Assembly: GCA_965277715.1 (NCBI GenBank)
Contig: OZ255836.1
Span: 1,184,001 to 1,248,000, forward strand
Source of the DNA: Gammaproteobacteria bacterium
GTDB lineage: Bacteria > Pseudomonadota > Gammaproteobacteria > JBCCGL01
Length of the DNA stretch: 64,000 nucleotides
Direction: 5' to 3'
This document shows positions 39,339 to 49,509 of the stretch, piece after piece. Position numbers and translations under genes: made by a program. The first letter of the stretch is position 1; each line of letters opens with the position of its first letter. The notes beneath the pieces were generated by a model. It saw only the letters and a list, made by a program, of their open reading frames with translations, searched no databases and was not told where the DNA came from.

Positions 39339-40436
39339 ATGTCGCAGCACTCCTCGTCACAACACCCTGCGCTTATAAAAGGCCTTATCAAGGGGCGCGG
39401 CGCAATCAGTAATACCAGCGGTCGCTACCAGGCAACGGGTATAGAGGCGTTTGATGACGGTTGGGATATCCCCGAAGACGAATACAAACCCAAAACACAG
39501 GTGCAGACTGATGCCAGCCGCAGTGTGCTGGTGTACAACCAATCCCCGGACTTACCCTTCGACCGTTCAGTCAACCCTTACCGGGGGTGTGAACACGGTT
39601 GCATCTATTGTTTTGCCCGCCCCACTCACGCGTATCTGGGCTTATCACCTGGGCTGGACTTTGAAACGCAGTTATTCAGTAAACCGCAGGCCGCCCCGCT
39701 GCTCGACAAAACCCTGCGCAAGCCAGGTTACACCTGCAAACCACTTGCCCTGGGGGTTAACACCGATGGTTATCAACCCATTGAGCGCCAGTTAAAAATA
39801 ACCCGTTCTGTACTGGAGGTGCTGCGCAATTTTAACCACCCGGTATCGATCATCACCAAATCGGCACTGATCGAGCGGGACATCGATATTCTCGCCACAA
39901 TGGCGCAATGTAATCTGGTTTCAGTCTGTATCAGTGTAACGACGCTGGATGCGGGTATTGCCCGCACGCTGGAGCCCCGTGCGGCAGCACCGCACCGACG
40001 GTTGCTGACGATTCAACGTTTGAGTGAGGCGGGCATCCCTGTATCGGTATTAGTGGCCCCTGTTATCCCGGTACTCACCGACCCGGAGCTGGATACTATT
40101 TTGCACCGGGTGGCCGGTGCCGGTGCCCGTGCCGCAGAATATATATTACTGCGCCTGCCACTGGAGATCAGTGATCTGTTTCAGCAGTGGCTGCACACGC
40201 ATTACCCGTTAAAGGCAGAACATATTATGGCACGCGTGCGGGATACGCGTGGCGGTAAGGATTACGACAGCCGGTTTGGCAAGCGCATGAGTGGAACAGG
40301 CCCGTTTGCAGATATTATTGCGCAGCGTTTCTCGTTGGCGTGTAAAAAACAGGGCTTGCAGCGGCGGGAATTGTCATTGAATTGTGACGCGTTTAGTGTG
40401 CCTATTCGCTCGGGCGAACAGATCGCACTATTTTAG
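39339..40436 (+). CDS. PA0069-family radical SAM protein
   Basis: NPYRGCEHGCIYCFARPTH, TDGYQPIE. Confidence 0.9.
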   Translation: MSQHSSSQHPALIKGLIKGRGAISNTSGRYQATGIEAFDDGWDIPEDEYKPKTQVQTDASRSVLVYNQSPDLPFDRSVNPYRGCEHGCIYCFARPTHAYLGLSPGLDFETQLFSKPQAAPLLDKTLRKPGYTCKPLALGVNTDGYQPIERQLKITRSVLEVLRNFNHPVSIITKSALIERDIDILATMAQCNLVSVCISVTTLDAGIARTLEPRAAAPHRRLLTIQRLSEAGIPVSVLVAPVIPVLTDPELDTILHRVAGAGARAAEYILLRLPLEISDLFQQWLHTHYPLKAEHIMARVRDTRGGKDYDSRFGKRMSGTGPFADIIAQRFSLACKKQGLQRRELSLNCDAFSVPIRSGEQIALF

Positions 40437-40452
40437 TCTAAACGCTATCCCC

Positions 40453-42873
40453 TCAAGCCCTTAGCCGCTCCCCCTGCGCATCAAACGGTGGTTGCTCCAA
40501 CAACACGCCCCGGTGTGGTTGACCCAAAACAGCAATTTCAAACACATCGCCAGGCCGGTAGTACTCAGCCTTAACAAACCCCATGCCCAACGACTGCTGC
40601 ACTGTGTGTCCATACGCACCAGACGAAATGCGCCCAACCGGCGTACCATCGCGTGCGAAGATCGGCTCACCGCCCACTGCATCGGCATTTTCCACATCGA
40701 TTGAAAACAATCCCAGTTTCTCCCGTGGCGCTTTATCGGCTATTGCCCTATACGCATCACGACCGAGAAAATCACCTTTGGACAGCTTTATCAGGCGGTC
40801 CAGCCCCACTTCCTGTGGCCAGTACTCTGGCGAGTATTCCCGCCCCCAGCTACCGTACCCCTTCTCAACGCGTAGCGACAATAATGCACGCGATCCCACA
40901 GGCACTGCGCCATACGCTTCGCCTGCGGCAAAAATCGCCTGGTATAAGGAGAGCTGATGCTGTTGTGGTACATACACTTCATAGCCTAAATCACCGGTAA
41001 ACGAGACCCGGATAACGGTTGCCGCTATTCCAGCAACATGCATACGGCGTGAGCGCATAAACGGAAACGCACTCCCCGGCAATGCATCCTCCACCAGTGA
41101 CTCAAGCAGAGCGCGGGCATTGGGACCGGCGATATTGAAACCTGTCATAGCGTCAGAAACACAGGTAAACGTGGTGTGTTCCGGCAGGGGCACTGCGTTG
41201 AAATAGCGTTGGTGATAGCGCTCAGCGATACCTGAACCGACCATAAAATAATGCGCTTCATCCAACTTGGTAACAGTAAAATCACCGGCAATGCCACCGC
41301 GCACACTGAGTAATGGCGATAAACACGTGCGCCCCGTTTCGCTGGGAATGGTGTTGGCAAGCACACTGTTTAACCAGGCAAACGCCCCACTGCCTTTTAT
41401 TTCATACTTGGCAAAATTGGAAATATCGATGATGCCCACGCTGTCACGCAGCGCCCGGCACTCCAGGCCGACCGGCGCAAACCAGTTTTGCCGTTCAAAG
41501 CCATAGGTTTCAATGGCTTCACGGGGGCTTGATGCATACCACAAAGGGTGCTCCCAGCCATAGCTGAGGCCAAACACTGCACCGTTTTGTTTTTGATGTT
41601 CATACACCGGGCGGGTTTTAACCGGCCTGCCCGCCGCACGCTCTTCGTAGGGGAAATGAATTTTGAAGCGGTGTGTATAGCAGTCAAACGCACGTGCTTT
41701 GGTAAATGATGGATTAGCCCAGCGGCCAAAACGCGCCATATCCCACGGAAACAAATCGTACTCAGGCTCACCCTCAATGATCCACTGCGCCAGTGCAAGC
41801 CCCAGGCCACCTGACTGGCTAAAGCCAGGAATAATGCCGTTACAGCAGAAATAGTTTTTTAACTCCGGTACAGGGCCAAGCAGTGCAGACGAATCCGGCG
41901 ACCAGATCATCGGCCCATTGATAACCCGCTTTACGCCAGCTTCACTCAATAATGGCAACCGTTCACAGGCACGCATGACATTATCGCCAATCCTGTCCAG
42001 ATCATCCGGCAATAGTTCATGGCCAAAATTAAGTGGCGTGCCGTGTTCAGCCCAGAAACGCCCATCCTGCTCGTAGGCGCCCACCAGCATTCCCTGGCCC
42101 TCCTGGCGCATGTAATACTCGCCATCCCTATCGGCCACCAGTGGCAGTTCGCCTGCCCGCCCGGCAAATTCAGGTATATCCTCTGTGACAAAGTATTGGT
42201 GCTCCATCGTCATTAAAGGCAATTCAAACCCTGCCAGCCCGGCGACCTCTCTGCCCCAAAGACCGGCGGCATTAACCACAACATCGGCTTTGATAGTGCC
42301 CTTGTCAGTGACTACATCCCAACCACCACTAGCCAATTGAGTGGTTTCGATCACGGGGGTAAAGCGGTGGATCTCCGCACCCATCTGGCGGGCGCCAGCC
42401 GCGTAGGCATGCGTTACCCCGGATGGATCGACATGCCCTGCATCGGCTTCATACATTGCCGCATAAACACCATCGAGGTTTAAAAATGGGTGCAATGCCT
42501 GTGCTTCATCAATCGATACCTCGTAAAAATCCACACCAAAAAAACGGGCCTTTGCCGCCTGTATGCGCAATTGATGCATACGCTCTTTGGTCGCTGCCAA
42601 ATACAACGAACCGGGCCTGTGCAGACCACACGACTGGCCGGTCTCTTTTTCCAACGAGGGATAAAGCTGCATGGTGTAATACTGTAGGCGAGAGATATTA
42701 TTGATATCGTGTAGACCGTGTGTACCCGCTGCCGCATGCCAGGTTGACCCCGATGTCAACTCATCGCGCTCTAGCAATACGACATCTGTCCACCCCAGTT
42801 TGCAGAGGTGATAGAGAATACTGCACCCAACCAAACCGCCGCCGATAACCACAACCTGCGCATTGCTTTTCAA
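40453..42873 (-). CDS. Dimethylglycine dehydrogenase-like FAD oxidoreductase (DAO + GcvT domains)
   Basis: VVIGGGLVG, LTSGSTWHAAA, SFTGDLGYE, LRVEKGY; TTG start with GAGGTG SD. Confidence 0.85.
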   Translation of the reverse strand: MKSNAQVVVIGGGLVGCSILYHLCKLGWTDVVLLERDELTSGSTWHAAAGTHGLHDINNISRLQYYTMQLYPSLEKETGQSCGLHRPGSLYLAATKERMHQLRIQAAKARFFGVDFYEVSIDEAQALHPFLNLDGVYAAMYEADAGHVDPSGVTHAYAAGARQMGAEIHRFTPVIETTQLASGGWDVVTDKGTIKADVVVNAAGLWGREVAGLAGFELPLMTMEHQYFVTEDIPEFAGRAGELPLVADRDGEYYMRQEGQGMLVGAYEQDGRFWAEHGTPLNFGHELLPDDLDRIGDNVMRACERLPLLSEAGVKRVINGPMIWSPDSSALLGPVPELKNYFCCNGIIPGFSQSGGLGLALAQWIIEGEPEYDLFPWDMARFGRWANPSFTKARAFDCYTHRFKIHFPYEERAAGRPVKTRPVYEHQKQNGAVFGLSYGWEHPLWYASSPREAIETYGFERQNWFAPVGLECRALRDSVGIIDISNFAKYEIKGSGAFAWLNSVLANTIPSETGRTCLSPLLSVRGGIAGDFTVTKLDEAHYFMVGSGIAERYHQRYFNAVPLPEHTTFTCVSDAMTGFNIAGPNARALLESLVEDALPGSAFPFMRSRRMHVAGIAATVIRVSFTGDLGYEVYVPQQHQLSLYQAIFAAGEAYGAVPVGSRALLSLRVEKGYGSWGREYSPEYWPQEVGLDRLIKLSKGDFLGRDAYRAIADKAPREKLGLFSIDVENADAVGGEPIFARDGTPVGRISSGAYGHTVQQSLGMGFVKAEYYRPGDVFEIAVLGQPHRGVLLEQPPFDAQGERLRA

Positions 42874-43070
42874 TTCGATCACCTCTGCTACAAACACCTG
42901 ACTAAAAAATACGGTTTAGCACACGCTGTTTTTGCCATAAAAACGACTGTTTGTAACGTGATTCCAGAAAACGCATTTGAGCACAGAAAAATCTGCAATC
43001 GGGCACCGACGGGTAAGCACAGTTAAAGACAGTCTGCTATATTTCAGACACGCCCTTAGCGGTTTATCGT

Positions 43071-43766
43071 ATGAATACCAAACGCTACGCTTTTATCCTG
43101 TTAGCACTCTTTTTTATCTCACTAAAAAGTTATGCCTCTAATGACACCTTGCATGTGCTGGCCAGTTACCCCGATTATGATTTAAGCCTGAAGCATACGC
43201 GTACCGACACGCGCTTTGATGACAGTGCAGAACAAATCGAGATTCGCGATTCACGCGTGGGTTTATCGATTGCCGACCACTTGACTGACTGGTTAAAGAT
43301 TCGGCTCAGTGGTGGGGTGATCAGCTTTTCATTGGATGGATCGAGCCGCGTCGAAAATTTCGACCCGAGTGGTGAGTTTCTGTCATTGTCCCTCGAAGCT
43401 TATTTTCCAACCACCAGCAGCTTTGCCGTGGCACTCGCCACAGGCTATGAATACAATGCCGTTGAAGATGATGACAATCGTCAGAACCTGCGCTACCGTA
43501 TCAGCAAGCTTGATATTACACTGACCGGGGTCTACCACATAATGCCTTCATTTAGCCTCAGATTTGGCGTCAGCGGTCTGATACTGGAGGGGCGGGAACG
43601 ATTTCGTACAGCCACAACCAGCGTTACGCGTGATTTTGAGTCGCTCGACTCGCTGAGTGGTGTTTTACAGGCTGTCTTTCATACTAGAGAAAATGGGCAT
43701 ATCGGTATTACTGCCAGTGGTGGCGCACAAAACGCATTATCTGTTTACTTTCGCTATGCCTATTAG
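43071..43766 (+). CDS. Hypothetical outer-membrane beta-barrel protein
   Basis: Signal peptide, alternating beta-strand pattern, C-terminal YFRYAY. Confidence 0.6.
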   Translation: MNTKRYAFILLALFFISLKSYASNDTLHVLASYPDYDLSLKHTRTDTRFDDSAEQIEIRDSRVGLSIADHLTDWLKIRLSGGVISFSLDGSSRVENFDPSGEFLSLSLEAYFPTTSSFAVALATGYEYNAVEDDDNRQNLRYRISKLDITLTGVYHIMPSFSLRFGVSGLILEGRERFRTATTSVTRDFESLDSLSGVLQAVFHTRENGHIGITASGGAQNALSVYFRYAY

Positions 43767-43914
43767 CGCCTGTCAGCGCGAATTTTTTCGGCTTTGGTCT
43801 AACTTCCCTCGTTTTTCGCTATGTTAGAATTGTTCTGGAAAGCGCAATATTGCCCTTAAACGAATTACTTTTCCTCTTCCATAAACTGTTCCTCTTCGAC
43901 AATAGGATTCAAAA

Positions 43915-44892
43915 ATGAAACAACCTGTTCGCGTTACTGTTACCGGCGCAGCCGGTCAAATTTGCTACTCCCTGTTATTTCGCATTGCCTCCGGCGCAAT
44001 GTGCGGGCCAGATCAACCTGTCATTCTGCAAATGCTGGAAATAACCCCGGCCCTGGGTGTGCTCAAAGCGGTTGAGATGGAGCTGAATGATTGTGCATTT
44101 CCGCTGCTTGCCGGTACGGTCTGTACCGATGACCCAAAAGCGGCTTTTGAAGGCGCCGATATCGCCCTGTTTGTTGGCGCCAAACCACGCGGCCCCGGTA
44201 TGGAGCGCAGTGATTTACTCGTCGATAACGGCAGGATTTTTATTTCATTGGGGGGGATTATCAATGAGGTCGCCAGCCGTGATATTAAAGTGTGTGTCGT
44301 CGGTAACCCGGCCAACACCAATGCCTGGATTTTGTCGCAGGCCGCCAGCAACCTAAACCCCCGCAACATCACCGCCCTGACCCGGCTCGACCACAACCGC
44401 GCCCTCTCCCAACTGGCCGAAAAAACGGCCAAGCAAGTGCCAGACATTACCAAAATGATTATCTGGGGCAACCACTCCACCACTCAGGTGCCTGACTTAA
44501 GCCACGCACTGATCGGCGGTGAAGCGGCGACCGGCAAAGTCGAGCAAAGCTGGGCGCAGGATACGTTTATTCCCACCGTAGCAAAGCGCGGGGCGGCAGT
44601 AATCGCGGCACGCGGCTCATCCAGTGCGGCCTCAGCCGGTAGCGGTGTGGTCGATCACGTTCACGATTGGTTGCTGGGCACAGCACCCGATGACTGGGTG
44701 AGCATGGCCGTGCCAAGCGATGGCAGTTACGGTATTGAAAAAGGGTTAATCTACTCTTTTCCAGTGACCTGCAAAAATGGCGAATACGAGATCGTGCAGG
44801 GCCTATCGTGCGATGCGTTTATCCAGCAGAAAATGAAAGCGAGTGAACAGGAGCTTATCGACGAGCGGGATACCGTTAAATCACTGATGTGA
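43915..44892 (+). CDS. mdh: Malate dehydrogenase
   Basis: [35 protein letters not shown]. Confidence 0.96.
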   Translation: MKQPVRVTVTGAAGQICYSLLFRIASGAMCGPDQPVILQMLEITPALGVLKAVEMELNDCAFPLLAGTVCTDDPKAAFEGADIALFVGAKPRGPGMERSDLLVDNGRIFISLGGIINEVASRDIKVCVVGNPANTNAWILSQAASNLNPRNITALTRLDHNRALSQLAEKTAKQVPDITKMIIWGNHSTTQVPDLSHALIGGEAATGKVEQSWAQDTFIPTVAKRGAAVIAARGSSSAASAGSGVVDHVHDWLLGTAPDDWVSMAVPSDGSYGIEKGLIYSFPVTCKNGEYEIVQGLSCDAFIQQKMKASEQELIDERDTVKSLM

Positions 44893-44907
44893 TATAGCGC
44901 GCTTAGT

Positions 44908-44944
44908 ACGGTAGAGGCGCGTTATACCGCGCCTCTACCGTTTT
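44908..44944 (+). terminator. Rho-independent terminator between convergent mdh and msrQ
   Basis: ACGGTAGAGGCGCG-TTATAC-CGCGCCTCTACCGT followed by T tract. Confidence 0.75.
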
Positions 44945-45510
44945 GACAGGCGGGTAACCAAACGGTACGCCAGCAACACAATAACCACCAGCAAATAAAC
45001 TGTTGGCGCTAATAAATCCGCCTTTACCAGCCACACATAATGCAATAACACCATGACCGAAATGGGATAAACCAGCGTGTGCAGTGGTTTCCATTTTTGT
45101 CGAAGCCTGCGAATCATTATTTTATTCGACGTGATAGCCAATGGAATCAACAGTACAAAAGCCAAAAAACCGACAGCAATATAGGGTCGTTTACCAATAT
45201 CGACAACAATATCCACCCAATTAAAAAACTGATCGAGCCACAAGTAGGTGGTTAGATGCAGACTGGCATAAAAAAACGCATACAGCCCCAACATTCGCCG
45301 AATACGTAGTGGCCAGGCCCAGCCCGACACCCCTCGCAATGGCGTCGCACACAAAGTCAACAAAAGAAACCGCAACCCCCACTCCCCGGTTTCGTGGGTG
45401 AGCGTTTCGACCGGATTAGCACCCAGATTATTAGTGAACGCCGCATAAACCAATGCAGCCAACGGCAGCAGGCTGAAGATAAAAACCAATGGTTTTAGCG
45501 TTTTAGACAT
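44935..45510 (-). CDS. msrQ: Protein-methionine-sulfoxide reductase heme subunit MsrQ (YedZ)
   Basis: LGANPVE..TH.TG, RRMLGLYAFFYASLH, KRPYI, LAITS, W..LH. Confidence 0.9.
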   Translation of the reverse strand: MSKTLKPLVFIFSLLPLAALVYAAFTNNLGANPVETLTHETGEWGLRFLLLTLCATPLRGVSGWAWPLRIRRMLGLYAFFYASLHLTTYLWLDQFFNWVDIVVDIGKRPYIAVGFLAFVLLIPLAITSNKIMIRRLRQKWKPLHTLVYPISVMVLLHYVWLVKADLLAPTVYLLVVIVLLAYRLVTRLSKR

Positions 45511-45558
45511 CGCTTACAAAATTACATAAGGTGAGGTTGACACACAGGGTATGCGACA

Positions 45559-46596
45559 TCAAATTTCTTCACCACCACTCTCAGCCCGCACCTGATTAGA
45601 GGCCGTTTCACTGACTTTTTCATCAAGCCGAGTACCAATAACACGACTACCGGCCCCCTTTTTCTGCGCCAGCAGACACAGATAATCGTGACCGATAGTG
45701 GCCGCTGCCAGCGCAGTAATCTCAGCATTATCGTAAACCGGCGCGACCTCGACAATATCCATGCCAATCAAATTCAACTCACCGAGCGAACGCAAAATAC
45801 CTAAGGCTTGCGCGGTACTTAACCCGCCGACAACCGGCGTGCCGGTGCCCGGCGCAAATGCCGGGTCCAGACAATCAATATCAAAGGTGATATAGACGGG
45901 ATTTTCTCTACCGACACACTGATAAATTTTATCGATGGTCGCCTCGACACCCTGCGAATGCACCCACGGTGCATGCAAAATGTTAAAACCGTGCGTGCAA
46001 TCGTTCTGTGTGCGAATGCCAATCTGCACCGATTTTTCTGGCACCACAACCCCTTCACGGGCGGCGCGCAAAAACATCGAACCGTGATCGAGCCGTTCAC
46101 CGTCATCTTCCCAGGTATCGGAATGCGCGTCGAAGTGCACCAGTGAAATGGGGCCATGCACTTTGGCATGAGCGCACAGTAACGGGTAGGTGATAAAATG
46201 GTCACCGCCAAAACTCAGCATTGATGTACCCGCAGAGAGGATTTTATCGGCGTGACGTTGAATCTTCTCAACCACGTGTTGTGGGTAACCATAGTCCAGC
46301 CACACATCGCCATAATCGACGACCGCGAGAAAATCAAACGGATTAAAGTTAAACGGGAAACCATCCAGCGCAGCGACTTCGGTCGAAGCCGCACGAATAC
46401 CTCTGGGGCCAAAGCGGGTACCGGGGCGATTGCTGGTGGCACAGTCAAACGGTATCCCCGTTACCGCCACATCCACCCCACTCAGGTCACGGGTGTACTT
46501 TCGGCGTAGGAAACTCAGCGCCCCAGAGTACCCCATATCGTTTGAGCGACCGTATAAGTCGTTTCGGCGGAACGCGCCATCACCTGCTATTGCCAT
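45559..46596 (-). CDS. speB: Agmatinase / ureohydrolase
   Basis: GGDH, HFDAHSDT, DIDCLDPAFAPGTGTP. Confidence 0.85.
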   Translation of the reverse strand: MAIAGDGAFRRNDLYGRSNDMGYSGALSFLRRKYTRDLSGVDVAVTGIPFDCATSNRPGTRFGPRGIRAASTEVAALDGFPFNFNPFDFLAVVDYGDVWLDYGYPQHVVEKIQRHADKILSAGTSMLSFGGDHFITYPLLCAHAKVHGPISLVHFDAHSDTWEDDGERLDHGSMFLRAAREGVVVPEKSVQIGIRTQNDCTHGFNILHAPWVHSQGVEATIDKIYQCVGRENPVYITFDIDCLDPAFAPGTGTPVVGGLSTAQALGILRSLGELNLIGMDIVEVAPVYDNAEITALAAATIGHDYLCLLAQKKGAGSRVIGTRLDEKVSETASNQVRAESGGEEI

Positions 46597-46619
46597 AGAT
46601 TTTACTTTATAAGTTAGTT

Positions 46620-47081
46620 TTAATAGATTGTTTTTAATAAAATTTTATCAATTACTTTAGGCAGCGTGAGAAAAAATCCCATCATGCCAATTAACAACAC
46701 CATATTTCGATTAAGTGCTTTTTGTGTCGTTGTTTCGATTTCTGAGCACAGTAAATCAAACTTGCCTTCCATATCTGTTTTTAAGCGATCAAATTTTCCC
46801 TCCAGACCCAGAAACTTGCCATCAAGGCCCATGAACTTTCCTTCAACGCCGACAAATTTGTCCTCCAGCCCTCGGAAGTCCTCTCGCAACCCCTGCACAC
46901 TTTCGGTGATTTGATCCATGCGCTGATCGAGGTGGTTGATATGATTGTATTGCGATTTTAGCAATAAGGTATTGGTATCATCATTCGATAAGCCTTCGCC
47001 ATTGGTAAAACGGGTTTCAATGTCCGCCAGTTTGGGGGCTATCATTTTAATTAACATATCATCTACTTTAGTGCTATCCAT
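46620..47081 (-). CDS. Hypothetical coiled-coil protein with heptad repeats and C-terminal TM (DUF1640/Bdr-like)
   Basis: GLEDKFV GVEGKFM GLDGKFL GLEGKFD repeats; hydrophobic C-terminus. Confidence 0.7.
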   Translation of the reverse strand: MDSTKVDDMLIKMIAPKLADIETRFTNGEGLSNDDTNTLLLKSQYNHINHLDQRMDQITESVQGLREDFRGLEDKFVGVEGKFMGLDGKFLGLEGKFDRLKTDMEGKFDLLCSEIETTTQKALNRNMVLLIGMMGFFLTLPKVIDKILLKTIY

Positions 47082-47263
47082 AAAACTCTGCTGATTTTAG
47101 TTGAATTCGCAGTGAATAAGGCGCGACGAAGACAAAGACTAACAGAAAAACACGGAACGCTTCTCCATCAATGGCATTGACCTTGCCCAATCACATACCG
47201 CATTGAATTTTTTTGCTCAGCAAAACCGATGTGCCTTGTCACAGAATGTATCCAACACATTTT

Positions 47264-48169
47264 TCAACAGGCGGCTGATATTGTTGTAGCATCACGCAAC
47301 GCTTCTGCCGTTAGTACAAACACCCCATCACCGCCATTGGCAAACTCAGGCCAGAGGAAGGGGTATTCCGGGTATTTGTCCATCAGCGCCGATGCACTGT
47401 TGCCCACCTCGACGACCAATAAACCATCCGGCGCCAGATAACGGCCCGCTTCAGCCAAAATAGTATCAACAAGGGTTAAACCATCATCTCCTGCCGCCAA
47501 ACCCAGCACAGGTTCGTGTCGAAACTCTACGGGTAGCGCCTCCATATCCTGCTTATCCACGTAGGGTGGGTTGCTGACAATAAGATCAAAACAGCCATCC
47601 ATTTGGCTATCAAACCGGGCAAATAAATCGCTTTCCAGTAATGTCACCCGTTTTTCCAACTGATGGCGTTTTACGTTTTCTGCGGCGACATCCAGGGCCG
47701 CACACGATACATCCGAGGCGACCACCTGCGCATCGGCAAACGCATAAGCACAGGCGATACCAATACAGGCACTGCCCGTACACAAATCGAGTACATTGTG
47801 TACCTCACTGGGTATCAACCAATCACTAAACCCATCGACAAGCAATTCAGCAATAGGCGAACGGGGTATTAGTACATGCTGGTTGACAAAAAATGCCAAT
47901 CCGGCAAACCAGGCGCTATGAATTAGATAGGCGAGTGGGCAGCGCTGTTCGATCCGCTGTGCCAGGAGTGTATCGATACGCTCGACCTGTTCGCTATCGA
48001 TAAGCTGCTCATACCCCTCAAACGGCTGATCTACGGGCAGCCCGGCAACGTGCAATACCAGCCAGTGCGCTTCATCCAGCGCATTGTCTGTACCGTGGCC
48101 AAAAAACACCCCGGCTTCGTCGAGCTGCTCAGCAACGCGCCGAATAACAGCTTCATAAGTGATCGACAA
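47264..48169 (-). CDS. prmB: Ribosomal protein L3 glutamine methyltransferase
   Basis: FGHGTDNA.DEA, IPRSPIAE, LDLCTGSAC, SNPPY, VEVGNS. Confidence 0.95.
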   Translation of the reverse strand: MSITYEAVIRRVAEQLDEAGVFFGHGTDNALDEAHWLVLHVAGLPVDQPFEGYEQLIDSEQVERIDTLLAQRIEQRCPLAYLIHSAWFAGLAFFVNQHVLIPRSPIAELLVDGFSDWLIPSEVHNVLDLCTGSACIGIACAYAFADAQVVASDVSCAALDVAAENVKRHQLEKRVTLLESDLFARFDSQMDGCFDLIVSNPPYVDKQDMEALPVEFRHEPVLGLAAGDDGLTLVDTILAEAGRYLAPDGLLVVEVGNSASALMDKYPEYPFLWPEFANGGDGVFVLTAEALRDATTISAAC

Positions 48170-48392
48170 TGATTATCCCCAAAATGCATACAGTGTAACC
48201 TTAAACCGACTCCCCCCCAATTAAGAGCGCTGATCTTTCTAAAACATCACGAGTGAAACCTCACTCCCTTTACACAACCTGCATAGAAACACAAAAACCT
48301 GATCCCCTAGCCAATCAGCACCTCTTCACCGGTTTACAATCACCCCATACGCGGGCATTATCCGCCCGACTTTTACCCAATACACCGAAGCC

Positions 48393-49070
48393 ATGCAAAA
48401 AAGATTTTGTCGCAAATGCTTTTTACTCAGCTTTGTTGCGCTGTTCGCTTTGATTTGTGGCTATTGGGCATCGACACTGGGCGACAAACCCACCCTTGAT
48501 ACGGGTGAGTTACAGGCAACACTGAAACAGGCGACATTATTGCCCGCTGACTTTCGCCAGGTGCCTGAATTTGCAATGTACAACCAACACCAACAGACAG
48601 TGGGCCGTGAATTATTCCTCGACACCTGGTCACTGGTATTTTTTGGCTACACCAGTTGCCCGGATATTTGCCCGGTATCAATGGCCGTACTCAAACAGGC
48701 CCAACAGATAATCGCCGAGGCACAGACCCAATCGTCCACACAAGCACCCGACACACCACACATCGTATTTATCAGTGTCGACCCAATGCGCGATACCGCT
48801 GAACGACTGAAAGCTTATATGGATTATTTTGATAAAGATTTTCTTGGATTAAGTGGCGACCAATCTGAAATACTGGCACTGACACGCACTCTGGGTATTG
48901 CCTACAAAATTGGTAGCGACGCAGAGACCAACCCCAACTATCTGGTCGATCACTCGGCTGTTTTTTTACTGATCAATCCCTCAGCGGGTTTGCAGGCCAT
49001 ATTCTCTGCCCCACACGACCCGGAAACCATCGCCAGCGACTACCTGAAAATACGACAGGCAGTCAATTGA
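48393..49070 (+). CDS. SCO family copper chaperone
   Basis: FGYTSCPDICP, SVDPMRD, VDHS. Confidence 0.92.
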   Translation: MQKRFCRKCFLLSFVALFALICGYWASTLGDKPTLDTGELQATLKQATLLPADFRQVPEFAMYNQHQQTVGRELFLDTWSLVFFGYTSCPDICPVSMAVLKQAQQIIAEAQTQSSTQAPDTPHIVFISVDPMRDTAERLKAYMDYFDKDFLGLSGDQSEILALTRTLGIAYKIGSDAETNPNYLVDHSAVFLLINPSAGLQAIFSAPHDPETIASDYLKIRQAVN

Positions 49071-49501
49071 GTATTTTCCCCCGCCTGTATTTACTGCTGT
49101 TATTCGGTCTATTATCCAGTAGTGGCGCTGTGCTTGCCGCGCCACCACTCGCTGTTAGCCATGCCGTTATTCGCGAGGCACCACCGGGGCTGCGCACTAA
49201 CGCCGCCTACGCTCATTTAGAAAATAACAGCAATAAAACAATTATTGTCCACACCATTAGCAGCGATTCGTTCGCATCCATCGAAATGCATTTAAGCCGC
49301 ATTGTGAACGGCATTGCGACGATGCAAGCCCAGCCTGAACTGCGTATTAGCGCGGGTGAAACAGCTATATTACAACCTGGCGCCTATCATCTTATGTTAC
49401 TCAATGCACAACAGGCATTGCGTGACGGTGACCGTGTAACCCTTACCCTGCATACGACTATCGGTGATATTCACGCCGTATTTGGTGTAAAACGTTTTTA
49501 A
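49067..49501 (+). CDS. PCu(A)C copper chaperone
   Basis: EMH...M, PGAYHLML. Confidence 0.88.
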   Translation: MSIFPRLYLLLLFGLLSSSGAVLAAPPLAVSHAVIREAPPGLRTNAAYAHLENNSNKTIIVHTISSDSFASIEMHLSRIVNGIATMQAQPELRISAGETAILQPGAYHLMLLNAQQALRDGDRVTLTLHTTIGDIHAVFGVKRF

Positions 49502-49509
49502 TTAACAGT

